Positions 62,634 through 64,000 of a DNA stretch of 64,000 bases are shown here, piece by piece. Source of the stretch: Octopus bimaculoides (Eukaryota); the NCBI RefSeq assembly GCF_001194135.2, contig NC_068986.1:52046176-52110175 (forward strand). The letters run 5' to 3'. Positions within the stretch are counted from its first letter, which is position 1; every line of letters begins with the position of its first letter. The notes beneath the pieces were generated by a model. It searched no databases. It saw only the letters and a list, made by a program, of their open reading frames with translations, and had not been told where the DNA came from. The translations under genes were made by a program, and so were the position numbers.

Positions 62634-63246
62634 GTTCTCACAGTATATTTGTGCGTATATAAATACATTTACCAATATATCCACATGTCATTAGGAATGT
62701 GCACAGACATAGTAAAATAAAAATTACAAATTAATGAACGATATCATATTAGTTATATCACAGTTTCTATGAAATGCTATCTAATATATTTCCCACATTG
62801 CTTCTAATTTGATTCTACATAACTAAACGAGACAGTCAATTTTACATTGTTTTATAATATGCTTAATTTTTATATTTATAACGTAAAATAAATAATTAAT
62901 TTCAGTTATTTCTGTTTCTTAATGTTTTCTCGACGATCAACAGAACAATGTTTTCTTAATGTTATTAACCATCATAATTATGACTTTTAATTGCGATTTC
63001 AAGAAACTTTTACAAAAGTTGTTCCACCAAAGATGTCTTAAATTCTATAAAACATTTTCATGCAAAAGAATCGTTGGTTGGTATTATTAGCATCACTATC
63101 TTATAAGAAAAACTGTCCTATAATTTCAACTATTATATACTTGGTAATTATATTCAAAGGATGAAATATAAGACGGTAGAAGTTCATGAAGCACTCAAGC
63201 CATCTACTCATGTTACTTAAGCTATCGCTACGCTCACTGTAACATG

Positions 63247-63458
63247 GATTTCAAATTTTGGCACAATGCCAGGAATTTTGGTGGCGGGTCTAAGTCGATT
63301 GCATCAACCTCAGTGCTCGACTGATACTTATTTTATCAACCCTGAAAAGATGAAAAGCAAATTCGACCTTGGCGGAATTTGAACTCTGATTGTAACGATG
63401 GGTGAAATGCCGCTATGCATTTTGCCTGGCGTGCTAACAATTCCGCCAGCTCGCCGCC
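63247..63458 (-). mobile_element. SINE family 2, full length
   Basis: Reverse complement reads ggcggcgagctggcggaattgttagcacgccaggc..gagttcaaattccgccaaggtcgaatttgcttttcatc..ttgtgccaaaatttgaaatcc. Confidence 0.9.
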
Positions 63459-64000
63459 TTAAAGCTCACTATAATGTTAACCGTTGGACTATTTGCACAA
63501 GAGGTAGAGAGACGATAAATTCGATTGCTGCCGTGTAAAGGGAAGGTGGGGTAATGAAAGCTTTTCTATTATTTATATGTTTATTATCTTTGTCTTAAGG
63601 TATGCGAAAAGTCCAAGGTCTTTGCGGCTTCTTTGAAACTGATGTCATTTGGAATTCGATACCAACAGCAAATACATGTGTACTCCAGGAAGCTGAAGTT
63701 CTGAGTAGTAGTTCGTGTGAGCCCTGAAATGGGGAAGTAATAATATGGCTGGCAAGATTAGAGAGTTGGTTTTGCCTGAATGATAGCATGGAATCGATAG
63801 TATCCCAGACTAAAGTTTGCTTGGCATTTTAATTTCATGCCTTTACATTTTTGGTTGAAATCACGTTAGCTTATTATTTTCTTCTCTTTCTAAAAAACCC
63901 AATTAAGTACCAAATATGTATCAGCGATGATTCAATCGTATATACTATCAACAACATACCTATCTACCAACACTTTTATGACCTTGTTCCAATGTGAGAA

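Noticed and set aside
63600-63800. Possible L2/Jockey 3' fragment (LLRTSASWSTHVF)
   Set aside because: Only one weak motif match, too decayed to support.

Overview
AT-rich eukaryotic DNA from a gapped, scaffold-type assembly. Most N-gaps sit next to microsatellites. The SINE families and repeat composition look most like an octopus (coleoid cephalopod) genome; this is recognition from memory, not a search result. There is no recognisable intact protein-coding gene, rRNA, tRNA gene or CRISPR array, and almost all supplied ORFs are artefacts of microsatellites or N-gaps. The window is intergenic or intronic and filled with decayed mobile elements. These include three tRNA-derived SINE families, RLE-type LINEs (R4/Dong-like and HERO-like), L1/Tx1-like and L2/Jockey-like LINE fragments, and Penelope-like (PLE) RT and GIY-YIG relics. 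DNA transposon relics include a full-length DD37D (maT) Tc1/mariner, two mariners, a Chapaev3-like element, a TTAA-flanked MITE, and a long-TIR family carrying TTAGGG repeats. The most notable object is a 246-bp insertion at 8773-9018 with an 11-bp target-site duplication (TSD). It is a near-perfect inverted repeat in which each arm encodes a minimal type I hammerhead ribozyme, and it is nested in a HERO-like LINE relic that also carries a SINE with a 16-bp TSD. A few isolated candidate exons (4636-4850, 14775-14828, 62230-62305) may belong to a long-intron host gene but are unproven.
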